Part shown: piece after piece, positions 25,476-33,261 of the stretch
Position numbering within the stretch: the stretch's first letter is position 1
How the letters are laid out: each line of letters opens with the position of its first letter
Virus record (IMG/VR): IMGVR_UViG_3300044724_003299
Location: 1-33,261 of that record
Length of the DNA: 33,261 bases
DNA from: a virus
Taxonomy: Duplodnaviria; Caudoviricetes
Strand: one strand, 5' to 3'
Position numbers and translations under genes: made by a program
Notes under the pieces: model-generated
Seen by the model: the letters and a program-made list of their open reading frames with translations, nothing else
Databases searched by the model: none
Told to the model about the DNA's origin: nothing

Positions 25476-25514
25476 TATAGGTTAAAGGCCCACAACAGTA
25501 GGCCCTTACCTACA
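25476..25514 (-). other. Long intergenic RNA hairpin without U-tract
   Basis: Minus strand TGTAGGT-AAGGGCCTAC-TGTT-GTGGGCCTTT-A-ACCTATA pairs almost fully using G-U pairs available only on the - strand. Confidence 0.75.
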
Positions 25515-25519
25515 ATTGC

Positions 25520-26308
25520 TTACTTTAATTTCTTTTCAATAGTTTGATATACTTCTATGCCTTCATCGGTTTTAAAATACGATGCCAACGCTGAATACGG
25601 ATTTTCATCAAAAGGAACTGTTATAAGTTTTCTATCGTTTGATGCCCATTTGAATGTTCTTTGATCACTCGAAAGTTTAATAATACCCATTTCAACTGAT
25701 TTTATTCCAATATTCCTAATTTGTATATTTTCATCTTTAACTAACTCTAAGAATAGCTCAGGATTTTTCCTAGCAAATAACAATAAATCTCTTTTAAGCT
25801 CCTTAGAAGTCATGGTAGATACTTTATTTCCTAGTTCTGTTCTAAGTATCGCTTCTGTTTGATCAATATCAATTTGTTGAGCTAAATTTAAAGCTTCAAT
25901 TTCAGTTTCAAGGTAGCTAATGTCGTCTTCCGCTATTTGAACTGGATTAAATTCCGTGTATGTTGTGCCATTCCCGGGATGATATAAAGAAAGAAATTTT
26001 TGTAAAATTACTTTTTCTTTTGGAACAAAAAGCTTGCCATCTCTAAAAACAATATGGCTTAATCTTTCAGGCCCTTTCATTTCATCCGTAAATACTGTTT
26101 TTTGATTTTCACAGTATTTTATTTCTCTTTCATACCCTAGTTCTTCATCGAACCAAAGTATTCCTCTGCTTTTTAATATAAATACGATAGGTGTTTTTTG
26201 AGAGTTAAGCTCATAAATTCTATCTTTTATTTCCCATTTTGGGGTTTTAGAAGTTTTAACTTCTTTTATTTGCGGTTCTGCTACCGCTACTTTTTTTTCT
26301 TTTGCCAT
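25520..26308 (-). CDS. Conserved protein downstream of the major capsid gene (function unknown)
   Basis: 262-aa ORF in the position of the conserved post-MCP gene of crAss-like structural modules. Confidence 0.65.
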   Translation of the reverse strand: MAKEKKVAVAEPQIKEVKTSKTPKWEIKDRIYELNSQKTPIVFILKSRGILWFDEELGYEREIKYCENQKTVFTDEMKGPERLSHIVFRDGKLFVPKEKVILQKFLSLYHPGNGTTYTEFNPVQIAEDDISYLETEIEALNLAQQIDIDQTEAILRTELGNKVSTMTSKELKRDLLLFARKNPELFLELVKDENIQIRNIGIKSVEMGIIKLSSDQRTFKWASNDRKLITVPFDENPYSALASYFKTDEGIEVYQTIEKKLK

Positions 26309-26334
26309 GATATAATATAATAAAAATTAATAGA

Positions 26335-26375
26335 GTAATGATTACCCCCGTTAGTTCAACGAGGGTAAAAATTAC
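26335..26375 (-). other. RNA hairpin downstream of the major capsid gene (stability element or weak terminator)
   Basis: Minus strand GTAAT-TT-TTACCCTCGTT-GAACT-AACGGGGGTAA-TC-ATTAC; 11-bp core stem with one G-U pair. Confidence 0.75.
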
Positions 26376-26383
26376 GTTAAATA

Positions 26384-27814
26384 TTAAGAGTTAAATAACA
26401 CAAAATTGTTTGTTGCTTGTGCTACTAAACATCTTTCTGATAAGTAGTGAACTTCCATTTTGTCATCACCAGTAGTCTGCGCACCGCCTACTGAACCAGT
26501 AATCCAAGATTTCATTCTTCTGTCATCAGTTTCAGAAGCTCTATATCTTACGTGTAAGAAAGGTCTTCTGACATTTTTACCTAATTGTTGGTCATACACT
26601 GAAGATGTACCAGCTGGAACTAGAATTCCGCTTATACCCCCTATTAAACCTCTTGTAGATTTATCATTAAGATATTTCCAGTCAGTTTTGTAGAAGTCAT
26701 AAGAACCTCTTCTAAATCCAGAGAAACCTAAATTAAGTGCCATATCTTGAGAGTTTTCAAAAACTCCAAATGATAAACCACCTGAAATATTCGGGTTTAA
26801 TCCTGCTAGCATATCATCGAAGTAAAGATTTGCATCTCTATCTAAGAATAACATGTTTTCTTCAATTGATCCTTGTTTGTCTAATTCTTTTAATAATAAG
26901 TCAAATTCAGGAAGTTTATCAGCAGCTGGTGTAGCTGAGTCAAATTGATTACTTGCTACGATACCTCTTGAAGTGATAGCTGAAAATAACCCTTCAGATC
27001 CATCAGGAACGATAGCGTCTCCACCATCTTTTTTCTCTGCTTCAATCATTACCATTTCTAAGTAATCTTCATATCTTACTCTTGTGTCACCTTCTGCTTT
27101 TAAATACCATAAAAATCCGTTTTGTCCAGATTCTCCTGATACTTCTACCCATCCGATCTGAGCTGTGTCAGAACCGTTAACTTCGTAATGATCTTTAATA
27201 ATAAGTGGCTTATTAGTAAAAGATTTGAAAGTTGGTTCAACAGCGTCAGTCATGCTTGCAGATCCCTTTCCGTATTCAGAACCGTAAACAAAGAATTTAA
27301 TCACCTGGTTATCATCTACTGCGATACCAGCTAAATCATCTACGTTTGCCGCTCCGTAAGGTTTAATAGTTAGCGTGTCAGTTGCAGCTTCAATACCAGC
27401 TGATACATACGCTTTAAATACTACGTTGTTAACTACTGCCACCACTGTTGCACCTTTTCTTACTGCATGTGCTTCAGCTGTACCAGAGTCAATTCCAGTA
27501 ATAGTGTCAACCACTCCTGTAACAGGGTTGATTTGTCCATTATATGCTAAGTGTAATCTACCTTGCTCAGACCAAATAACTTGATCAGAAGCCATAGGCA
27601 TTTCTGCACTTACCATTCTCAAGAAAGAAGATATAGTTCTATTTCCATATCTTTCAACTTCTTGTTCATATAGTTCAGGTAGGTATTGCTGAGACCAGTT
27701 TGCACCGCCTGCACCATGAAAGTTTAAATAATTAGATGCAAGTGTTTGTTTTTGTGCACTTGGGCTAATTATACTGCCAGCCGCTGGGCCAGCAAATGAA
27801 ACGTTTGTTGCCAT
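26384..27814 (-). CDS. Major capsid protein (HK97 fold, crAss-like type)
   Basis: 476 aa after portal and scaffold; QQYLPELYEQEVERYGNR, WSEQGRLH, beta-rich insertion, GSEGLF, LGFSGFRRG.YDF, HYLSERC. Confidence 0.9.
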   Translation of the reverse strand: MATNVSFAGPAAGSIISPSAQKQTLASNYLNFHGAGGANWSQQYLPELYEQEVERYGNRTISSFLRMVSAEMPMASDQVIWSEQGRLHLAYNGQINPVTGVVDTITGIDSGTAEAHAVRKGATVVAVVNNVVFKAYVSAGIEAATDTLTIKPYGAANVDDLAGIAVDDNQVIKFFVYGSEYGKGSASMTDAVEPTFKSFTNKPLIIKDHYEVNGSDTAQIGWVEVSGESGQNGFLWYLKAEGDTRVRYEDYLEMVMIEAEKKDGGDAIVPDGSEGLFSAITSRGIVASNQFDSATPAADKLPEFDLLLKELDKQGSIEENMLFLDRDANLYFDDMLAGLNPNISGGLSFGVFENSQDMALNLGFSGFRRGSYDFYKTDWKYLNDKSTRGLIGGISGILVPAGTSSVYDQQLGKNVRRPFLHVRYRASETDDRRMKSWITGSVGGAQTTGDDKMEVHYLSERCLVAQATNNFVLFNS

Positions 27815-27817
27815 TTT

Positions 27818-29026
27818 TTAATAATTTTTAAGTTTTAATTTAAGGTTTTTTGAATCTAATCCACCAACCACTCTCGCTTTTATTCCGCTAGGTTCAATAT
27901 TTTTATGCCCCGATCTTGGATCCATATTAATATTTTTAGCAGACTTAACCGACTCTTTAATAGCATCAGTTTTGCCTTGTTCATAAAAATGATTTGCAAT
28001 TGTGTCAGCATTCATTGCCGTAAACAAAGATTTATGATAACCTACCGCGTCATTCATTTCATTTTTTTCATTCAAGAACTTCTTGACAAAATTATTGATG
28101 TCGCTTTGAGTATTTTTAACCTCGTTCACATTTTTGACATTAAACCTATATCTTTTATCGCCTACCTTGTATTCAAAACCTTTGAATTGATTATTAAATA
28201 AAGATTTGGTTTTATTGTCGAACACATTCCTTTGAGATTGTGTTATTTTTTCTTTTTCTATAGATTCTTTTTCGTATCTGTTAAAAAAATCTATAGCTTT
28301 TTGCTGGTCCTGTGTTAATTTAGTTCCCGCTTTAATTTCTTTATAATAATTAGCTTTTTGATGTTCTAATTCTTTTTTCGCATTAGCAACCTCTTCTTTA
28401 AATGCTAATTTTTTTCTTTTTATGTCTTTAGGCTCATCAATCTCTTCGTCAAATGAAAATTTATCTTCAATTAAAAAGCTAATTTCATCCGATGTTAAGT
28501 GCGGCTTAGACTTTTCATAAAATTCACGCAATAAAGACATATCCTCATATCCTGTATAGTCTTTATTTAATTTTACGTAGTCTTCTAAAGTTCCACCCGT
28601 ATCGTTCATGAACTTAACAAGTTCTTGAATATTTTCCGGATATTCTATTTCTGTTTTTTCTTTCTGTAATACTTCTTCCGGTGTATCGTTAACAACTTCA
28701 GGGCTTTCCTCTACTTCTACGTTGTCAGCTGCATTTTCTTCGTCACTTATTTCCTCAAGTATTAGCTCTTGTTTTTCTTCTGTTTCTACAACAGGTTCTT
28801 CAGTGCTTTCTTCTAAAACTGGCTCTTCTTTGATTTCTTCTTCAGCCGGTTGCTTCTTAACCGGTTCTGGTTCAGGTTGTTTTTCTGATACCGGCGGTTT
28901 TGTTAAATCCACTTTGTAAACGCCGTCGTCAATTTTGACCCCCGCGTCTTCTTGTACTTTTTGTTCTAATTCAGCTGTAGACAACTCTTCAGTTTCTACG
29001 GCTTTAGCTTTTGTTTTTTCTGCCAT
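27818..29026 (-). CDS. Putative capsid scaffolding protein
   Basis: Very acidic, disordered E/P-rich N-third and helical C-part; located between portal and MCP. Confidence 0.7.
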   Translation of the reverse strand: MAEKTKAKAVETEELSTAELEQKVQEDAGVKIDDGVYKVDLTKPPVSEKQPEPEPVKKQPAEEEIKEEPVLEESTEEPVVETEEKQELILEEISDEENAADNVEVEESPEVVNDTPEEVLQKEKTEIEYPENIQELVKFMNDTGGTLEDYVKLNKDYTGYEDMSLLREFYEKSKPHLTSDEISFLIEDKFSFDEEIDEPKDIKRKKLAFKEEVANAKKELEHQKANYYKEIKAGTKLTQDQQKAIDFFNRYEKESIEKEKITQSQRNVFDNKTKSLFNNQFKGFEYKVGDKRYRFNVKNVNEVKNTQSDINNFVKKFLNEKNEMNDAVGYHKSLFTAMNADTIANHFYEQGKTDAIKESVKSAKNINMDPRSGHKNIEPSGIKARVVGGLDSKNLKLKLKNY

Positions 29027-29057
29027 GATAAAATATTATATGATTATACATTATATA

Positions 29058-31481
29058 TTACTTAGGTTCAAACGCACCTAAGCCAAAATCACCGCTTAAT
29101 ATATCGTTTCCGCTGGATTCGAATTTTTTAGGAGGTGTTTTATTGTTTCGCTGCTCAATGAGCTCGCTTTGTTGACTAGCTTGTATTTTTGTTCGATCGT
29201 CTTTTCTATCTTCTTTTGCATTCATTTCAGCGTCCTTGGCTTGCATGGTCATTTGCTGCAATTGCATATTCATTTGAAACTCTAATTGCATTAACTGCTT
29301 TTTCATTTCCACTTCGCCTTGCATTTTTTGCATATCAAATTGTGATTTAGCCTGCGCTAATTGTATTTGACTTTGCGTTAAAGCTTGTTGCTTTTGTACT
29401 TCTGCCTGCGCGGCCACTTGTTGTGCTTGAGCGTTTGCTTGAGCCTGTGCTTGTATATTTTGTTGTTGCACTTTTTGGTCTCTTTCAAGTTTTTTCTTTC
29501 GCCTTAACTTAAGGACTTGATTTGCTAATTTAGTATTTTTAATTTCTCTAATATCAATAGCATCTTCAAGTTCAATGTTGTTTTGGGCTATAGCAACCTG
29601 TATATTGTTTTCAAGCAATTGTTTTTCTTCTTCATCAGGTGCTAATTCTAAGTATATACCGAAGTCGTATAAATGCAACTCGGACATTTCTTCTAGTGTA
29701 GCTACATTGTGTGCCCCTATACTTTGTATAAAAGCATCCCGCGTTGGTGAATACTCTATAACATCTGATATTCTTAATGATATTTTTTCGGCAAGCTCTG
29801 CTGTTAAAAATAAACCACTTTGTAATATATGCCTTGTGGCTGTATTTGAATTAGCTGCTGCTAATTTTTGCACCCCTACCAATGCGTTTTTATCAGGCGT
29901 ACTTCCATCTCTAGCTTCATTTAAACCAGTAGCGTCCCTAACCATTTGCATATAATAATTATACGTACTAATTAGTTGAGCTAATTTATTAGCGCCACCA
30001 TTATTGCTTATTTCTTGTATAGGTATTTTACCAGGGTTCATATCACCCTCAGATGTAAATGATCTACCAATAACAGATCCTGTTTGAAAAAACATATTTA
30101 ATGCTTCTTGAGGATTGTAATTTGTTCCGTTACCTAAATCAATTTCTGCTAACCCATCGGCATCTAAATAAACACCGTCAGGCACCATTCTTGATAATAC
30201 TTGTTGTATTTTTAAATGTGTTAATTGAATCATATCAGCAAAACCAGTAACTCTACTAACTAAAGACTCAATTTTACCATTATACATTCTAGGCGCTACA
30301 ATAGAATAATTAAGCTTTACTTTATTAACGTCACTTTTTTCTCGAAGCATATTATCCGCTAACTCCCATTTTAATAATTTATTAGAGCCTGGTATAAAAA
30401 CACCCTCGTATAACACCTCTATGTTTTTCGCAATTCTTTCAAATCTTAAATTACTTTGGGCAGGAGGGTTAAATGCGTCTGACTTTTTAATTATTTTTTC
30501 TGCACCTGTAGAAGTTTCTTTAACTTTATAAACTTCATTCATGTAAGTTTTGTAATTAAAATACATAACTTGCACTGAATTATTATCTTGATTTTGCTGC
30601 TGGCTATTGTATTTATTATAAATACTATAATCTTGATTACCTTGTTCTGTTATTACTTTCAATTCCTCATTAGTTAAATCAGGAAATTGTTTTTTTAATT
30701 CACTTATAGTTATACTCTTAACCTCACCCACATAATATATGTCATCAAAATAAGGTGATTCAGTATATGAATAAACCATATTAGCAGGGTCCACATAATT
30801 AACCACAATACCTTCCGAAGGCGTAAACAATGTTTTAACGCAACCAATACCTAAAACAGTTAAATCATAAAAAAATCTTTTCTTTATTAATTCATATTGA
30901 TTTTGGTTAAGTATTGTTTGAATAGCCTGCTCTTCAGCAATCTCAACGGCTTGCTTATAGTTAAGCTGCATATGTAATTGAAGCTCATCTTCATTATCTG
31001 GCAACGTAGCCGGATCGTTGTTAAACACATTAACGCCAAATTGTTCTTGAACGTAATTTCCAAATTCTTTAGTACGCATATCTGCAAGAATACCTTCCAT
31101 ATATGCTGTTCTTTTATTTACGCCATTAATATCTTGCGAATGCGCTTTTATATCATAAGTTCTTTCTGCAATACCGTTTACTACAATGTCAACAAACTTA
31201 GGAATTATAGGTACTGGCTTCCAATCTAAATTTAAATAAGATAAATCTCCATTTATAGACAATTCATCTTTGTATTTTTGTATGCTTTGTTCTCCCCTAG
31301 CGTATAATCTTAATTTGTGATAATTATTTTGATTAACAAAAAACCTATTTGATCCTCTATCTTTTTTAAACCACTCATTTTGGATAGCTCTAGCAACATT
31401 AAGACCGTAATCCAATCCTAATTTTTCATCATCGCTAGCCGTTTGGCTTGGGAAGTAACTTTTTATAACTGACTCAGCCAT
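29058..31481 (-). CDS. Portal protein
   Basis: 807 aa directly after terminase; LDWKPVPIIPKFVDIVVNG, TGLNEARDG and a long Q/A/M-rich C-terminal coiled coil (P22-like barrel). Confidence 0.9.
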   Translation of the reverse strand: MAESVIKSYFPSQTASDDEKLGLDYGLNVARAIQNEWFKKDRGSNRFFVNQNNYHKLRLYARGEQSIQKYKDELSINGDLSYLNLDWKPVPIIPKFVDIVVNGIAERTYDIKAHSQDINGVNKRTAYMEGILADMRTKEFGNYVQEQFGVNVFNNDPATLPDNEDELQLHMQLNYKQAVEIAEEQAIQTILNQNQYELIKKRFFYDLTVLGIGCVKTLFTPSEGIVVNYVDPANMVYSYTESPYFDDIYYVGEVKSITISELKKQFPDLTNEELKVITEQGNQDYSIYNKYNSQQQNQDNNSVQVMYFNYKTYMNEVYKVKETSTGAEKIIKKSDAFNPPAQSNLRFERIAKNIEVLYEGVFIPGSNKLLKWELADNMLREKSDVNKVKLNYSIVAPRMYNGKIESLVSRVTGFADMIQLTHLKIQQVLSRMVPDGVYLDADGLAEIDLGNGTNYNPQEALNMFFQTGSVIGRSFTSEGDMNPGKIPIQEISNNGGANKLAQLISTYNYYMQMVRDATGLNEARDGSTPDKNALVGVQKLAAANSNTATRHILQSGLFLTAELAEKISLRISDVIEYSPTRDAFIQSIGAHNVATLEEMSELHLYDFGIYLELAPDEEEKQLLENNIQVAIAQNNIELEDAIDIREIKNTKLANQVLKLRRKKKLERDQKVQQQNIQAQAQANAQAQQVAAQAEVQKQQALTQSQIQLAQAKSQFDMQKMQGEVEMKKQLMQLEFQMNMQLQQMTMQAKDAEMNAKEDRKDDRTKIQASQQSELIEQRNNKTPPKKFESSGNDILSGDFGLGAFEPK

Positions 31482-31482
31482 A

Positions 31483-33261
31483 TTAATTAATTATTTTTGA
31501 TGTAATTCCTTTGTTTTCGTATTTCGAAAAGTTAATGTTAACTTTCGATTTTTGTTTTTCTGCGCTTGGCCTATATTTATTTTTGTTACAAGCCATAATT
31601 GCTAACCCTGAGCTAATCGCTGCATCAAACCTTGTTCTTCTGTTTATATCAAACTTAGCCCAATCGTTTAATGTTTCATTAAAGTATAAATCCCCGTAAT
31701 CTCCGTTGGGCGTAATACCTACGTAACTGTTAATGTATGTTTCAATTGCTGCAGCATGAGCTTGCCGTATATCTTCACTTGAATTTGGTATGCCTCCAAT
31801 TTCTTTTTCAGTAACAGATAATTTATTCCACAACCTATCGGGTCTATTCATAGAATATCCCCTGTATCCTCTTCTTTTTAAGTAATATAATAATCTTGGT
31901 TTATTATTTTCAGCAAGTATAGGCATTCCGTAAAATACTAATGCCATTAACACGTCTTCAAAAAACATTTCCGCTGTTTGAGGTCGGGCTACATACTCTA
32001 AAAAAAATCTGTTAGGAGGTGCGTCCTCCATGCTAAACTTTGTTAATCCGTGTAATGCACCTTTAGATCCTTTGCCATCTGTTGTTCCTGATATATCATA
32101 TGAATCACAACCAAAAGCTCCCATATGATCATTGCCTGGATATTTAATGCCATTTTTATTTATAATATTATTTTGTAAATTAACACCTGGCACCCAACTT
32201 ATTTTAAATCTACCGTTTGGATTTGGTGTAAATTGAACTTTAGTGTCTTTAATGCCGTTTAACCACGAAAAACTTCCTGTGCTAACATTTGCCTCCGTTG
32301 TAATGTCGTCATTAAAATCAATTTGCTCATATATTTTAGCTAAGTTAAATATACTATTCTTAGCTTCATCACGAAACGCATGCTCTTCTGTTCTTGGGAA
32401 CTGACGATAAAATTCATTTAAACCGTCTTGGTCTCCTTTTAATCCCTCAACTTCATTCTCCCAATGTTCAATAACCCCGATGTCGATATTATCTCCCTGG
32501 TGGTCTTTGACAGGTTCGCTGGGTGTGTTAAAGACAGGTATTCCATAAGAATCGATGAATCCTTCGAAATTCCATTCCATAGGTATGAACAAAGAATATA
32601 ATCCCGAGCGAGTCTGTCCATTTTTATTTCGTTTCGTAACGTCCGAGTCATTATATAATTTCTTAAAATTTTCACCACCTTTGTCTAATGAGTTACTTGT
32701 TGAACCCATCATACATTTACCTATTATTCTCGAACCAAGTCTAAGCGTGGTTTTTGTAACCCTCCAGTTGTTGAGAATATTTTCTGGTCTTTCCCATTTT
32801 CCGGCTTCATCATGGACGAGGAGTGAAAGTTTCTCTCCATCATATGAATTGTCCCCGGTATTTTTCCAATCGATCGTAGTGTCGAGCCCCTCCATTTCTT
32901 GTGGTTTATCCTTAGACTCGAATCTTTTTCTTGTAAATTTTGAAGCCGGTACCCTGTATGCCAGCTCCGTTTTGGGGCGATCCATACCGTCCTGTATGGG
33001 CCTGAAAAAGAATGGGTAATTGATTGATATTGGTACCACTTTATCTGTGAACATTTTCTTTGCATCGGCGCCAGATTTGGACAGTATTCCATACCGTGCA
33101 TCGGAAGATATGGTAGCCAAGTTAACGGTCTCTCCGGATGCCATAAACGAAAAACCGCTACGTCTGTTCTTGAGATAGCACATTCCATAACACCTTCTAT
33201 CTGCTTTACATGCTTCCCAATAAATAAAGAATAACCTGTTTGCTTCCCTAAAGTCTGGCCT
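31483..33261 (-). CDS. terL: Terminase large subunit (5'-truncated by window edge)
   Basis: Frame stays open to 33261 (RPDFREANRLFF...); Walker A-like KNRRSGFS, Walker B LLVHDEAGKW, coupling motif GST, nuclease GCDSYD and ENN motifs. Confidence 0.93.
   Translation of the reverse strand, partial: RPDFREANRLFFIYWEACKADRRCYGMCYLKNRRSGFSFMASGETVNLATISSDARYGILSKSGADAKKMFTDKVVPISINYPFFFRPIQDGMDRPKTELAYRVPASKFTRKRFESKDKPQEMEGLDTTIDWKNTGDNSYDGEKLSLLVHDEAGKWERPENILNNWRVTKTTLRLGSRIIGKCMMGSTSNSLDKGGENFKKLYNDSDVTKRNKNGQTRSGLYSLFIPMEWNFEGFIDSYGIPVFNTPSEPVKDHQGDNIDIGVIEHWENEVEGLKGDQDGLNEFYRQFPRTEEHAFRDEAKNSIFNLAKIYEQIDFNDDITTEANVSTGSFSWLNGIKDTKVQFTPNPNGRFKISWVPGVNLQNNIINKNGIKYPGNDHMGAFGCDSYDISGTTDGKGSKGALHGLTKFSMEDAPPNRFFLEYVARPQTAEMFFEDVLMALVFYGMPILAENNKPRLLYYLKRRGYRGYSMNRPDRLWNKLSVTEKEIGGIPNSSEDIRQAHAAAIETYINSYVGITPNGDYGDLYFNETLNDWAKFDINRRTRFDAAISSGLAIMACNKNKYRPSAEKQKSKVNINFSKYENKGITSKIIN

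Noticed and set aside
18682-29057. Shared AT-rich leaders (AATATAAT-ATG before 18681 and 19343; TATC-ATG before 26308 and 29026) as a phage late promoter
   Set aside because: Too AT-rich and too short to separate from ordinary Bacteroidota SD-less translation-initiation context without statistics.
11792-33019. Numerous 60-154 aa + strand ORFs antisense to the late genes
   Set aside because: Fully nested opposite well-supported genes, with Ser/Leu/Phe-rich antisense composition.
9778-33261. Stop-codon reassignment as seen in some crAss-like phages
   Set aside because: Late genes are full length and tightly packed under the standard bacterial code; TAG and TGA both end genes at sensible places (for example 23902 and 8775).
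1-33261. tRNA, rRNA, integrase or transposase
   Set aside because: Intergenic gaps are all shorter than about 80 nt and are accounted for by hairpins or leaders; no such motifs seen.

Overview
AT-rich segment of a lytic dsDNA podovirus genome, most likely infecting Bacteroidota (Flavobacteriia). Host evidence: no Shine-Dalgarno leaders, Gln at +1 of the signal peptides, and a flavobacterial-type nrdB-nrdA pair. The structural module resembles crAss-like phages. Two convergent gene arms meet at an intrinsic terminator near 4,000. The + arm (1-3991) is the end of a nucleotide-metabolism block: MazG-like genes, a T7 endonuclease I-like resolvase, small ORFs and class I ribonucleotide reductase. 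The - arm (33261 down to 4024) is the late block: terminase (partial), portal, scaffold, major capsid protein, ring/tail proteins, a 1506-aa muzzle, three probable ejection proteins including a 2579-aa giant, small basic proteins, a holin-like ORF and an M15 endolysin. Two things stand out. (1) A tightly coupled six-gene cassette of exported proteins (4486-9239) sits between the holin-like gene and the endolysin. It encodes two CsgG-like proteins, a cohesin/dockerin-like protein, a lipoprotein resembling a T9SS C-terminal domain, a membrane-anchored peptide and a beta-barrel with a long acidic tether, and looks like a phage-encoded outer-membrane assembly. (2) The giant protein looks like an injected polyprotein: a zincin protease followed by modules separated by a repeated K-x-S-[LI]-S motif, one sigma-region-2-like and one nuclease-like. 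All family assignments are by-eye motif recognition; no searches were run.
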